64,000 bases of DNA. Source: Syntrophales bacterium (GTDB lineage: Bacteria; Desulfobacterota; Syntrophia; Syntrophales; UBA8958). Positions 8,688-18,251 of this stretch are shown piece after piece. Location of the stretch: NCBI GenBank assembly GCA_035358955.1, contig DAORXN010000003.1, forward strand, positions 845 through 64,844, written 5' to 3'. The notes beneath the pieces were generated by a model that was not told the DNA's origin, ran no database searches, and worked only from the letters and a program-made list of their open reading frames with translations. Both the position numbers and the translations under genes were made by a program. How positions within the stretch are numbered: the stretch's first letter is position 1; every line of letters starts with the position of its first letter.

Positions 8688-9462
8688 AGGTGCCCTGGTA
8701 GATATTCAAAACCAGCGGGATACGAGAAATATCGCTATCAACAAGGTGGGGGTAAAGGGGGTCAAGTATCCCATCACCGTCCTCGACCGGGCCCGGGGGA
8801 CCCAGGCCGTCAATGCGGAGATCAACATGTACGTGGATCTGCCCCACCACTTCAAGGGCACCCACATGAGCCGCTTCATCGAGGTGTTAAACGAGTTTCG
8901 CGGGCAGATAAACATCAAGACCTTCCATGTGGTGCTGCAAAAGATGCGGGAGCGCCTGCGGGCCCAGTCGGCCCACATGGAAATTTCTTTTCCCTACTTT
9001 ATCCAGAAGCGCGCCCCCGTTTCGCGGGCAAAGAGCATGATGGAGTATAGATGTTTTTTTTTCGGTTCCGATGACGGGCAGAAAACGGATTTCAAGGTGG
9101 GCGTCTGTGTCCCCGTGACCACCGTCTGCCCCTGCTCCAAGGAAATCAGTGTGGCCGGTGCTCACAATCAACGGGGTCTTGTTACCGTATTTGTTAGATT
9201 CAAGCGGTTTTTCTGGATTGAAGACCTCATCCGTTTGGTGGAGGCATCCGCAAGCGGCGAGGTTTACTCTCTCTTGAAGAGGCCAGATGAAAAATACGTA
9301 ACTGAAAAGGCATACCATAACCCCATGTTTGTGGAGGATGTAGTAAGAAACGTAGCCCTGAAGCTGAGCCGGGAAGAAAACTTTCCCTGGTACAGCGTGG
9401 AGGCAGAGAACTTTGAAAGTATTCACAATCACAGCGCCTATGCCTATGTGGAGTCGCCATGA
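8680..9462 (+). CDS. folE2: GTP cyclohydrolase I type 2 (FolE2/MptA family)
   Basis: 260 aa. [25 protein letters not shown] and the later CPCSKE region are typical of FolE2. It overlaps the upstream stop by 8 nt. Confidence 0.8.
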   Translation: MSKGALVDIQNQRDTRNIAINKVGVKGVKYPITVLDRARGTQAVNAEINMYVDLPHHFKGTHMSRFIEVLNEFRGQINIKTFHVVLQKMRERLRAQSAHMEISFPYFIQKRAPVSRAKSMMEYRCFFFGSDDGQKTDFKVGVCVPVTTVCPCSKEISVAGAHNQRGLVTVFVRFKRFFWIEDLIRLVEASASGEVYSLLKRPDEKYVTEKAYHNPMFVEDVVRNVALKLSREENFPWYSVEAENFESIHNHSAYAYVESP

Positions 9463-11528
9463 AAACATTTTTTAATCTTTACCACCACGGATTCATTCGG
9501 GTGGCCGTCGGGGTACCGGAAGTGAAGGTGGCGGATGTGGATTTCAACACGGAAAAAACAATCGAGCTCGCTCATCGCGCGGTGGAAGAAAAGGCCATGC
9601 TGGCCGTTTTCCCGGAATTGGGTCTCAGCGCTTACTCTAACGAAGACCTCTTCCACCAGGAGGCCTTGCTTTCCCGCGTCCGCCTGGGAATTGAAAAGAT
9701 CTGTGACTGGAGCCGCGATAAACCCATCATCCTCATCGTGGGGGCACCCCTCGCGGACGGGGGAAGACTTTTCAATTGCGCCGTGGTGATAGGCCAAGGG
9801 TCCGTTTGGGGGGTGGCGGTGAAGTCCTATCTTCCCAATTACCGTGAGTTTTACGAGGCCCGCCAGTTCAGGTCCGCGCGGGAAGCCATCTCACCTGTCA
9901 TTAAACTGGCCGGCAGGAAGGACGTTCCTTGCGGGGCCGATCTGATTTTCCAAGTGGAAGGAATGCCTCCCTTTAACTTTTACGTGGAACTTTGCGAGGA
10001 CCTCTGGGTGCCCATACCGCCTTCGAGCTACGCGTCCCTGGCGGGGGCCACGGTAATCGCCAACCTCTCCGCTTCCAACGTTACGGTGGGAAAAGCCGAC
10101 TACCGGCGAGAACTCGTGGCGAATCAGTCGGCGCGATGTGTGGCCGCTTACCTTTATACGGCGGCCGGGTCAGGTGAATCCACCACAGACCTGGCCTGGG
10201 ATGGCCAGGCCCTCGTGTACGAAAACGGCACATGCCTCGCCGAATCGGAAAGGTTTGCCTTCAAGAGCCAGATCATATTCGCCGATATCGACTTAGATCG
10301 CTTGATTCAGGATCGAATGCGCATGAACACCTTTAGCTTAAACGCCCTCGACTTACGGGATAGGATCAGGACTTTTCGTTTCATCCCCGTGGGTATGGAC
10401 ATGGAGGGGCCAAAATCATCCCATTACCTTCCCCTCTCGAGGGAGATTCCCCGGTTCCCCTATGTTCCCGCCGACCCGGCCTTGCGGGATCAGAGATGCT
10501 ACGAAGTTTACAATATCCAGGTGGCGGGCCTGGCGAAGAGAATCGAATCCTCAGGGGTGGAAAACGTTATCATTGGCATTTCTGGCGGGCTCGATTCCAC
10601 TCATGCCCTGCTGGTGGCGGCGCGGACGATGGACGTCTTAGGTCGCAAGCGTTCTTGCATCAAAGCCTTCACCATGCCTGGATTTGCCACTTCCGAAAAG
10701 ACCTATCGAAATGCCTGGCGGCTGATGGAGGCCTTGGAAGTGGAAGCGAAGGAACTGGATATCCGCCCCAGTTCCATGCAAATGCTGAAAGATATCGGGC
10801 ACCCCTACGCGGAGGGGGAGGCCATCTACGATGTGACGTTCGAAAATGTCCAAGCCGGCGAGCGCACCTCCCACCTCTTCCGTCTCGCCAATTTAAAAAA
10901 CGGCATTGTATTGGGGACAGGGGACTTAAGTGAGCTTGCCCTGGGCTGGTGCACTTACGGCGTGGGAGATCACATGTCTCACTACGCCATCAATGCGAGC
11001 GTGCCCAAGACCCTCATTCAACATCTCATTCGTTGGGTGGCGGACCGCAATATCTTCTCGCCCGAGGTTTCTCCCATCTTGAGGGATATCCTCGCCACGG
11101 AGATAAGCCCCGAGCTCGTACCGGGAGAAGGGAAAGACGAACCGGCGCAGAGGACGGAGGAGATCATCGGTCCCTATGAGCTTCACGATTTCTTCAATTA
11201 CTACATAACGCGCTACGGCTATCGTCCGGCCAAGGTTGCCTTTCTCGCCTGGATGGCGTGGAAGGATAAAGACAAAGGGTTATGGATTGACGTGCCATCA
11301 GAGCGGAGAAAAGGCTACTCCATTAGGGAAATAAAACACTGGCTTTCCGTTTATCTCTACCGCTTTTTCAAGTTAAGCCAGTTCAAGCGTTCTTGCATTC
11401 CCAACGGGCCGAAGGTCGGTTCCGGCGGCTCCCTTTCGCCCCGGGGCGACTATCGCGCCCCCAGCGACAGCGAAGCCCGCGTGTGGCTTGATGACCTTTC
11501 TCACATTCCGGACCACGAGGAGGCTTGA
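9459..11528 (+). CDS. nadE: glutamine-dependent NAD+ synthetase (long form)
   Basis: 689 aa with an N-terminal CN-hydrolase domain and a C-terminal synthetase domain carrying the SGGLDST P-loop. ATGA overlap with folE2. Confidence 0.9.
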   Translation: MKTFFNLYHHGFIRVAVGVPEVKVADVDFNTEKTIELAHRAVEEKAMLAVFPELGLSAYSNEDLFHQEALLSRVRLGIEKICDWSRDKPIILIVGAPLADGGRLFNCAVVIGQGSVWGVAVKSYLPNYREFYEARQFRSAREAISPVIKLAGRKDVPCGADLIFQVEGMPPFNFYVELCEDLWVPIPPSSYASLAGATVIANLSASNVTVGKADYRRELVANQSARCVAAYLYTAAGSGESTTDLAWDGQALVYENGTCLAESERFAFKSQIIFADIDLDRLIQDRMRMNTFSLNALDLRDRIRTFRFIPVGMDMEGPKSSHYLPLSREIPRFPYVPADPALRDQRCYEVYNIQVAGLAKRIESSGVENVIIGISGGLDSTHALLVAARTMDVLGRKRSCIKAFTMPGFATSEKTYRNAWRLMEALEVEAKELDIRPSSMQMLKDIGHPYAEGEAIYDVTFENVQAGERTSHLFRLANLKNGIVLGTGDLSELALGWCTYGVGDHMSHYAINASVPKTLIQHLIRWVADRNIFSPEVSPILRDILATEISPELVPGEGKDEPAQRTEEIIGPYELHDFFNYYITRYGYRPAKVAFLAWMAWKDKDKGLWIDVPSERRKGYSIREIKHWLSVYLYRFFKLSQFKRSCIPNGPKVGSGGSLSPRGDYRAPSDSEARVWLDDLSHIPDHEEA

Positions 11529-11731
11529 TGAAAAGGGAACAGTACAGAGATTTTGACGCGACCGAACTCTTCTGCCCCCGTTGTCGAAGGGCGGTTCCCG
11601 TGCGCAAGAGGCTGCTTCTCGTCCTCCCGGAAGGTGACAAGTACGACTATTCCTGCGTTTTTTGCGGTACCTCCGTGGGGGATAAGATCGTGCGGGGTGC
11701 AAACGATACGGAGTTGATTATTGTACGTTGA
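11525..11731 (+). CDS. small zinc-ribbon protein (CPRC...CVFC), unknown function
   Basis: 68 aa with two CxxC pairs. The ATG overlaps the nadE stop. Confidence 0.5.
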   Translation: MMKREQYRDFDATELFCPRCRRAVPVRKRLLLVLPEGDKYDYSCVFCGTSVGDKIVRGANDTELIIVR

Positions 11732-12506
11732 CACCCTTGGGCGGTAGGAACTGAAGGGGGTTCAAGGGTTTCGTATTTTCACGGATTTCGAAGTGGATGA
11801 AGGCCCTTCCGTTTTTTCCCGTGGAGCGGGGGGTGCCGATCTTTTTCCCCTGCACAACCCGTTCCTCCACGCGAACCAGGCGGGAACCCAGATGGGTATA
11901 GATGGTCGTAAAGCCCCGGTCGTGTTTCAAAATTACCGTTTCGCCGAAATCCTTGAGGGAGGCGGAGAAAATGACGGTGCCGTCCGCCGCGGCGATCACG
12001 GGGTCGGATTCTTTCCCATCGATTCGGATGTGGTTGAAGAACATACCACCCGGTTGATGCCCGAAGTTATTCGTAACCTCACCCCGGTAAGGCCAAACGA
12101 AAAGCCGCTTTTCCCCCTTAGTTGTCTCCGGTAAAGGCTTCGGCTCTTCTTTGGGGGGGAGAGGTTTTTTCTCCACCGTTTCCTTGCGTGATGGGGGAGG
12201 AGGAGGTGGCGGTGATGATGAAGTCTTTTTGCCTTTGGTCTCCTTCTTCTGGGTGGCGCCGGGGATGAAAAGCACCGTGTCTTCCTCCAGGTGGGACGAA
12301 AGGTCTTTTATATTGTTTGCCCGGGCGATTTCGAGGACACTTACGTTGTATTGACGGGCTATTTTATGGAGCGTCTCCCCCCGCTCCACTTGGTGGTAGA
12401 TACCGGGCCGATGTCCTCCCCCGCAAGAGGTAAGGAGCATCAAACCGATGGCAAAAGAGAAAAGGCTTATTTTATGAGCGATATTTCGGTTGCGAACCGG
12501 TTTCAA
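11718..12506 (-). CDS. nlpD: LysM + M23 peptidase lipoprotein (NlpD-like)
   Basis: Lipobox LLTSC, a LysM motif ([19 protein letters not shown]), a Pro-rich linker and an M23 domain. Start chosen at TTG 12506, giving MKPVRNRN..., which overlaps the pcm stop. Confidence 0.8.
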   Translation of the reverse strand: MKPVRNRNIAHKISLFSFAIGLMLLTSCGGGHRPGIYHQVERGETLHKIARQYNVSVLEIARANNIKDLSSHLEEDTVLFIPGATQKKETKGKKTSSSPPPPPPPSRKETVEKKPLPPKEEPKPLPETTKGEKRLFVWPYRGEVTNNFGHQPGGMFFNHIRIDGKESDPVIAAADGTVIFSASLKDFGETVILKHDRGFTTIYTHLGSRLVRVEERVVQGKKIGTPRSTGKNGRAFIHFEIRENTKPLNPLQFLPPKGVNVQ

Positions 12507-13159
12507 TGTCGCCAACCATGCTCTCCGATCAAGTCTACAAAGCGGCATCCACCCAAGGCCTCCTTCTTCACCTCTTCCGGGTCGTCGGAAAGGCGGGTAA
12601 CCCGGTAGAGTTCCTGGGTGAACCTGCCCCCCACCGGGATGACCAAGCGGCCGCCGATGGCCAGTTGTTCAACGAGCGGTCGCGGAATATTGGGGGCACC
12701 GGCCGTGACGATGATGGCATCGAAAGGGGCTTGATCCCTCCATCCGAGGGAGCCGTCCCCCACGCGGATGGCCACGTTGAAGTACTTGAGGGCATCGAGG
12801 GTTTTTCTGGCCTGCGCCGCCAGGGTGGCGATGCGCTCGATGGAGAAAACCTGTTCAGCTATTTCCGCCAGGATGGCCGTCTGATAACCTGATCCCGTAC
12901 CGATTTCGAGCACCTTTTCCTTGCCCGAAAGTTTCAGGGCCTCGGTCATGATGGCCACCATATAGGGTTGCGAGATAGTCTGCCCTTCCCCGATGGGTAG
13001 CGGCGTATCGTTGTAAGCTTGATCTTCCAAGGCGGGTTCAACGAAGAGGTGGCGCGGAATCTTTTCCATCGCCTTGAGTACCCTTTCGTCTTTGATTCCC
13101 CGGGCCCTTATCTGGGCATCCACCATCTTTTTTCTCTGCCTTAAGAATCGGTCGATCAT
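12503..13159 (-). CDS. pcm: protein-L-isoaspartate O-methyltransferase
   Basis: 218 aa. ...[14 protein letters not shown]...[16 protein letters not shown]... is canonical Pcm. Confidence 0.9.
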   Translation of the reverse strand: MIDRFLRQRKKMVDAQIRARGIKDERVLKAMEKIPRHLFVEPALEDQAYNDTPLPIGEGQTISQPYMVAIMTEALKLSGKEKVLEIGTGSGYQTAILAEIAEQVFSIERIATLAAQARKTLDALKYFNVAIRVGDGSLGWRDQAPFDAIIVTAGAPNIPRPLVEQLAIGGRLVIPVGGRFTQELYRVTRLSDDPEEVKKEALGGCRFVDLIGEHGWRH

Positions 13160-13518
13160 AGATGATCCTTGATAAGCTTCATCCGGGGCGGGATCGCGTA
13201 AATTTCGGCCACACGCTGATGATGGCGTAGCCCCAGGGCCTCCCGGGTTACAATGAGATAGTAATACCTAAGGTCGGCGTGCTTACGCAACTCATTGTAA
13301 TGGCGGATTGATTCGTTGATGGTATTGACCAGATGCTGGCGCATATGGGGAGAGTCGGGAGGAAGATGGGAAAGCTCCCTTTTCAGGCACTCAATGTGCT
13401 CTGCGAGGGCCCTCAAGCGGCCCAAGGCCTCGTCCACCCTGTTGCCGGCCCGGGTCAGGGCTTCCGCCCTTTCCCGCATGATTTCTTGCTGGATGATTTC
13501 ATCCGGCGTCTGGTCCAT
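13156..13518 (-). CDS. hypothetical helical protein (occupies the position surE holds in surE-pcm-nlpD operons)
   Basis: 120-aa ORF, translationally coupled to pcm. I recognise no motif. Confidence 0.5.
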   Translation of the reverse strand: MDQTPDEIIQQEIMRERAEALTRAGNRVDEALGRLRALAEHIECLKRELSHLPPDSPHMRQHLVNTINESIRHYNELRKHADLRYYYLIVTREALGLRHHQRVAEIYAIPPRMKLIKDHL

Positions 13519-13636
13519 GAGCTTACTTTAACATCATCACCGGCTAAGTTCAAGACGCAACGGGGAAAATACCGGCCCTTTACAGGAAGGGGATACTTCC
13601 GTATAAGGGGGCAAGACTGGCGAAGGATTAAAGCAT

Positions 13637-15208
13637 ATGCCGAAGAAACCCAATCATACCATGTCCCAGGCGGTAAAGGCCGCTTACCTCCGGGGAGAAG
13701 ATGACGAAACCATGCTTCCCCTGGTGAGGGTTGAGGCGGACGGAAGGCCCCTCGGGCGGATTAAACCATTGGACGGGGTGATTTTCTATAACATTCGAGG
13801 AGAAAGGGAAGTGGAGCTCACCCGGGCCTTGGTAGAAGATGATTTTGCCGAGTTTCCCGTCCGGAGGGATCTGAACCTCGCCTTTGCCACGATGGTGGAG
13901 TACGATCCTCGCCTTCGCGTACCCTGTGCCTTTCCCCCCGACGGGGAGATCCGCGATACCCTCGGGGAGGTCATTGCCCGGGCAGGGCTGACCCAGGTAA
14001 AGATTACGGAAGCAGAGAAGGCGATGCATGTGAGTTATTTCCTGAACGGTAAGCGCGTGGAGCCCTTTCCCAAGGAGGAGAGGATAGTCGTCCCGACGCG
14101 CAAGGACGTAACCCTCTTCGATGAGGCGCCGCGCATGTCCATTGACGGAATCGTGGAGGCGGCCATCGAGGCGATAAGAAATTCCCGTTACGACTTCGTG
14201 GTGGTAAATTTCCCCAACGTGGATGTGGTGGGGCACATCGAGAATGAAAGGGCCGTCATGGAAGCGGTATCGGCCGTGGATGAAGCGGCGGGCAAGGTTA
14301 TAGGCGCGGCCCAAGAGGCGGGTGTATCTGTGATCGTGACGGCCGATCACGGGACGGTGGAAAAGTGGCTCTATCCCGACGGGAAAGTGGACACGGGTCA
14401 TACTATGAGCCCCGTTCCGTTTGTGATAGTGAACCCTGTGGAGGGGTTGCAGCTAAGAAAGGGGGGATCCCTTATCGATGTGGCGCCTACGATCCTCGAT
14501 CTTTTCGGCCTGGAAGTCCCCGAAGCCATGACGGGGAAGTCGCTTATTACGGGCGGGCTTTCACGCCGGGCATGTCGGATTGCCCTCGTCATCCTCGATG
14601 GCTGGGGCGAAGCTCCGGCGGGGCCGGGTAATCTCATTTCCCGCACCGAGACACCGGTCATGGACCGCCTAAAGTTGGAATACCCCTTCACCTTGCTCGA
14701 AGCGGCAGGAAACGCGGTGGGTCTTCCCGCGGACACGGTGGGAAATTCCGAGGCCGGGCATTTGCATATCGGCGCCGGTCGCGTGGTGGCAGCCGAAAGG
14801 GTGAAAATCGATGAGGCGATCAGGGAGGGGCATTTTTTCGTCAACCCCGTCTTTAAAGCGGTGATGGCGAAGGTACGCCGGAGAAAAAAGGCCCTCCACC
14901 TGATGGGGATTGTATCTTTTTTCAGCTCCCACGGTTCGCTTCATCACCTGTATGCCCTTTTGGAGATGGCGAAAAGGGAGGGTCTTTCGGAGGTTTATAT
15001 CCATGCCATGTTGGGCCGGAGGGGGGAGAAGCCGGAAAGCGGGGCCCGCTACGTGGGCGAAATCGAGGATAAATGTGCTGAGTTGGGCATAGGCCGGGTA
15101 GTTTCCGTAATCGGCCGCTATTGGTCGATGGATCGAGAGGAAAATTGGGATCGCATCGAGAAGACTTACCGAATGCTGGTCTTCGGCGAAGGAAGGCCGG
15201 TATCTTAG
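13637..15208 (+). CDS. gpmI: 2,3-bisphosphoglycerate-independent phosphoglycerate mutase, circularly permuted domain order
   Basis: All iPGM motifs are present once each. However, the canonical C-terminal ~285 aa precede the canonical N-terminal ~225 aa (see findings). Confidence 0.85.
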   Translation: MPKKPNHTMSQAVKAAYLRGEDDETMLPLVRVEADGRPLGRIKPLDGVIFYNIRGEREVELTRALVEDDFAEFPVRRDLNLAFATMVEYDPRLRVPCAFPPDGEIRDTLGEVIARAGLTQVKITEAEKAMHVSYFLNGKRVEPFPKEERIVVPTRKDVTLFDEAPRMSIDGIVEAAIEAIRNSRYDFVVVNFPNVDVVGHIENERAVMEAVSAVDEAAGKVIGAAQEAGVSVIVTADHGTVEKWLYPDGKVDTGHTMSPVPFVIVNPVEGLQLRKGGSLIDVAPTILDLFGLEVPEAMTGKSLITGGLSRRACRIALVILDGWGEAPAGPGNLISRTETPVMDRLKLEYPFTLLEAAGNAVGLPADTVGNSEAGHLHIGAGRVVAAERVKIDEAIREGHFFVNPVFKAVMAKVRRRKKALHLMGIVSFFSSHGSLHHLYALLEMAKREGLSEVYIHAMLGRRGEKPESGARYVGEIEDKCAELGIGRVVSVIGRYWSMDREENWDRIEKTYRMLVFGEGRPVS

Positions 15209-15229
15209 CCTGCAAAGGAGGTGAATACA

Positions 15230-15772
15230 ATGGAAGTAATGGTGAATAAAGCGCGTCTTGTCTTGGTCAAAGGGGACATCACAGAAGAGGAAACCGATGC
15301 CATTGTAAATGCCGCCAATTCGAGGCTGGCCGGCGGTGGTGGCGTGGACGGTGCCATCCATCGGGCAGGGGGGCCCTCCATCATGGAAGAGTGCCGCCGC
15401 ATAGGGGGATGCCCCACGGGTAAGGCCGTGATCACCGGGGCGGGCAACCTCAAGGCTAAATATGTAATTCATGCCGTGGGTCCCATCTACCAAGGAGGGA
15501 CGCGGGGGGAAGAGAAACTACTGAAGGGGGCCTACGAGGAAAGCTTGAAGATAGCGACGAAAAAAGGCCTCAAAAGCATTTCTTTCCCCGCCATCAGCGC
15601 GGGAGCCTACGGGTATCCGCTTAATGAGGCAGCGCGGATTGCCCTTCAGACGGTGATCGACTATCTCAAATCTACGGAGGGGCTCGAACTCGTGCGTTTT
15701 GTCCTCTTCGATGAAAGAACGCTCGATGCCTTTCGGCGGCAGCTTACAGCTTTGAAGCCCGCCCTTGGTTGA
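15230..15772 (+). CDS. macro domain protein (O-acetyl-ADP-ribose deacetylase, YmdB-like)
   Basis: VKGDITEEETDAIVNAANSRLAGGGGVDGAIHRAGG is canonical macro. AGGAGG lies 8 nt upstream of ATG 15230. Confidence 0.85.
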   Translation: MEVMVNKARLVLVKGDITEEETDAIVNAANSRLAGGGGVDGAIHRAGGPSIMEECRRIGGCPTGKAVITGAGNLKAKYVIHAVGPIYQGGTRGEEKLLKGAYEESLKIATKKGLKSISFPAISAGAYGYPLNEAARIALQTVIDYLKSTEGLELVRFVLFDERTLDAFRRQLTALKPALG

Positions 15773-16284
15773 TTACCATGCCGCGACGTCCGGCTCTCAA
15801 CGCACCGGTCACCATTGGGGAGATCATCGAAAAGGTGATGAAAAGGAAAAAACTCCCCTTTTCGCGGGAGGATCGCGCTTTGAAAAACATCTGGGGGCAG
15901 GTGGTGGGAGAGACGGTGGCCCTCCAAACCTCTCCGGAAAGATTGGAGCGGGGGGTGCTCTACGTGCGGGTGGCCTCCTCCGCCTGGCTTCAGCAGCTCA
16001 ACTTTCTGAAGGAGGAGATCATCTCTCGGTTCAACGAAGTATCTGGCCTTGCCCCGATTGGGGAGATTCGATTTCGTCTGGGTAACATTAAGCAAGAAAG
16101 ATGGGAAGAGGGCGGGATCGACCCCCTTTACTCCCTAAAGGCGCTGCTTACGCCCCGGGATCGCCGGGTGGTGGAGGCAAGCCTCGCCGAGATAAAGGAC
16201 CTGGAACTCAGGGAAATTCTTCGTCGCGTCATGGAAAAGGAAATTGGCCGCCGGCGCCTCATGGCAAAAAGGTCAGGGCGCTGA
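15769..16284 (+). CDS. DUF721 (DciA-like) domain protein
   Basis: The pattern ...IWGQVVGETVALQTSPERLERGVLYVRVASSAWLQQLNFLKEEI... is typical of DUF721. The start could alternatively be ATG 15778. Confidence 0.55.
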   Translation: MITMPRRPALNAPVTIGEIIEKVMKRKKLPFSREDRALKNIWGQVVGETVALQTSPERLERGVLYVRVASSAWLQQLNFLKEEIISRFNEVSGLAPIGEIRFRLGNIKQERWEEGGIDPLYSLKALLTPRDRRVVEASLAEIKDLELREILRRVMEKEIGRRRLMAKRSGR

Positions 16285-16999
16285 GGAAGTTATTTATCTC
16301 CTCGGTGTAGCGGTTGTCCTGATCGTAGATGGTCAGGGGAGGTTCCACATAGAGCTCTTCACCTCCCCCAAGTAAGCCTTCGGTCAGGGCAAACTCTGCC
16401 CTCCCGCCACTTTTCGAGTAAACGAGGCGCAGGCGTTTGGGCTCTATCTTGTAGGTGCGCATCTGATAGAGGAGTTCCACCATCCGGCGGGCCGGGTAGA
16501 TGACAAATACCCTCCCCTTCGGCTTTAGGACAAAGAAGGCACAGGCGAGGAAATCCTTCAGCGTGCCGTGGATTTCATGCCTGGCGACGGCCTTCTCCCC
16601 CAAGGGATTGACCCGTCCGGATTTGAGTTTTCGGTAAGGAGGGTTCATAAGACACGCATCAAAAGACCGAGGGGGAAGAAATTCCTTGTATTTCCTCACA
16701 TCTCCCTCGATTACCTTCACACGGTCTGTAAGACGGTTGAGTTGCACACTGCGCCTGGCCATCTCCACCAATTCCCTCTGGATTTCCACGCCGGTCACCT
16801 GCGTTTTGGTTTTTAGGGCCGCAATGATGATGGCCATCACCCCGCTACCCGTACCCAAATCTATCACCGTGTCTCCCACCTGCGGGAGGGCAAAGGCGGA
16901 AAGTAAAAGGGTGTCGAGAGAGAAGCGGTAGCCTTTTTTCTTCTGGAGAATTTGCACTCTCCCTTCGAGAAGCACATTCAGAGTTTCGTCCGCCTTCAT
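16259..16999 (-). CDS. SAM-dependent N6-adenine methyltransferase, tRNA1(Val) m6A37 (YfiC/TrmN6)-like
   Basis: DLGTGSGV SAM motif and NPPY catalytic motif. Length and layout resemble YfiC. Confidence 0.7.
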   Translation of the reverse strand: MKADETLNVLLEGRVQILQKKKGYRFSLDTLLLSAFALPQVGDTVIDLGTGSGVMAIIIAALKTKTQVTGVEIQRELVEMARRSVQLNRLTDRVKVIEGDVRKYKEFLPPRSFDACLMNPPYRKLKSGRVNPLGEKAVARHEIHGTLKDFLACAFFVLKPKGRVFVIYPARRMVELLYQMRTYKIEPKRLRLVYSKSGGRAEFALTEGLLGGGEELYVEPPLTIYDQDNRYTEEINNFLSALTFLP

Positions 17000-17007
17000 G
17001 GCCCTGT

Positions 17008-18228
17008 TTAATCGAGAAGATGCACGAAGAGGCCGCTTAAAAGTTTGGGTTCAAACCAGGTGGACTTGGGGGGCATGACGAAACCGCGGTCGGCGATGGC
17101 CATGAGGTCTTCGACGTTGACGGGATAAAGCGAGAAGGCGATGCTGAACTCACCGCTATCCACGAGTTTTTCCAGCATTTCGGGACCGCGGATGCCGCCT
17201 ATGAAGTCAATTCTCTTATCCGTCCTCGGATCCGAAATACCTAAGATGGGGGCCAAAATTCTCTCTTGGAGGATGGAGACGTCGAGGGAGCGAATGAGGT
17301 CGCTATCGTCAATAATATGTGCTTTTGCCCGGAGGCGAAACCAGCGGCTCTTTAGGTAAAGACCGAACTCGTGCTTTTCTTGAGGAATTCGCGCGTTATA
17401 GTCTCGTACGACAGAGAAGTTTTCCCTTATTTTTTCGAGCAACCCTTCTTCCGTAAGGCCATTTAAATCTCTGACCGCCCGATTGTACGCCATGATGTTG
17501 AGCTGGTTATGGGGAAAAAGGGCGGCAAGGAAGTAGGCGGCTTCTTTATTTTCGGGATACTTGCGGGCTACGGCGGCCGCCGCCGCGGCCCGATGGTGAC
17601 CATCGGCAATGTAAAGGCCATCGAGACGGGCGAAAAAGCGCGTTACTCCTTCCACATCGCCTGTTTTTTCTATTTTCCAGACGCGGTGTACCACCCGATC
17701 CGGCGTGGTGAACGTGTATTCCGGAGGTTCCTTGATGACGCGAAGAAAAAGTTTGTCCAGCGTGCCTTCGTTCTTATAGATGAGAAAGACGGGGCCGGTA
17801 TGGGCACCCACAGCCTCGACGTGCCTGATGCGCTCTTCTTCTTTATCTTGCCGGGTAAATTCGTGACGTTTGATCAACCCTTCTTCGTATGCCCGGACGC
17901 TGGCTAAGGCCATGATGCCGAATTGCCGGTGATCTTGTGTCTGCTGGCCGTAAACATAGTAGCAAGGGGCCTCGTCCTGAAAGAGGATCCCCTCTTCTCG
18001 GAGACGCTGGAGATTTTCTCTTGCCCGCTCGAAGATGGCCTCGTCGCTATGGGTTACCCCGGGAGGTAGATCTATTTCCGACTTTTCCACGCGCAAGAAA
18101 CAGAGGGGATTTCCACGGGCGAAAGCGCGGGCCTCTTCTTCCGTAAGGACATCGTAAGGTGGGGCCGCCACGAGGGCCGCATATGCCGGCTGAGGCCGCA
18201 GGGCGCGGAAGGGTTTTATGAGGTCCAT
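17008..18228 (-). CDS. DUF1015 family protein
   Basis: 406 aa. The N-terminus IKPFRALRP...APPYDV is characteristic of DUF1015. Confidence 0.75.
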   Translation of the reverse strand: MDLIKPFRALRPQPAYAALVAAPPYDVLTEEEARAFARGNPLCFLRVEKSEIDLPPGVTHSDEAIFERARENLQRLREEGILFQDEAPCYYVYGQQTQDHRQFGIMALASVRAYEEGLIKRHEFTRQDKEEERIRHVEAVGAHTGPVFLIYKNEGTLDKLFLRVIKEPPEYTFTTPDRVVHRVWKIEKTGDVEGVTRFFARLDGLYIADGHHRAAAAAAVARKYPENKEAAYFLAALFPHNQLNIMAYNRAVRDLNGLTEEGLLEKIRENFSVVRDYNARIPQEKHEFGLYLKSRWFRLRAKAHIIDDSDLIRSLDVSILQERILAPILGISDPRTDKRIDFIGGIRGPEMLEKLVDSGEFSIAFSLYPVNVEDLMAIADRGFVMPPKSTWFEPKLLSGLFVHLLD

Positions 18229-18251
18229 TAAAATACCTTTGGGCGTCTCTC

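Noticed and set aside
15206-15232. The gpmI TAG stop is in frame with the downstream macro-domain gene, which suggests a possible read-through fusion.
   Set aside because: The 21-nt spacer contains a strong AGGAGG followed by an ATG at the right distance. The macro domain is also complete on its own. Sharing a frame has a 1-in-3 chance.
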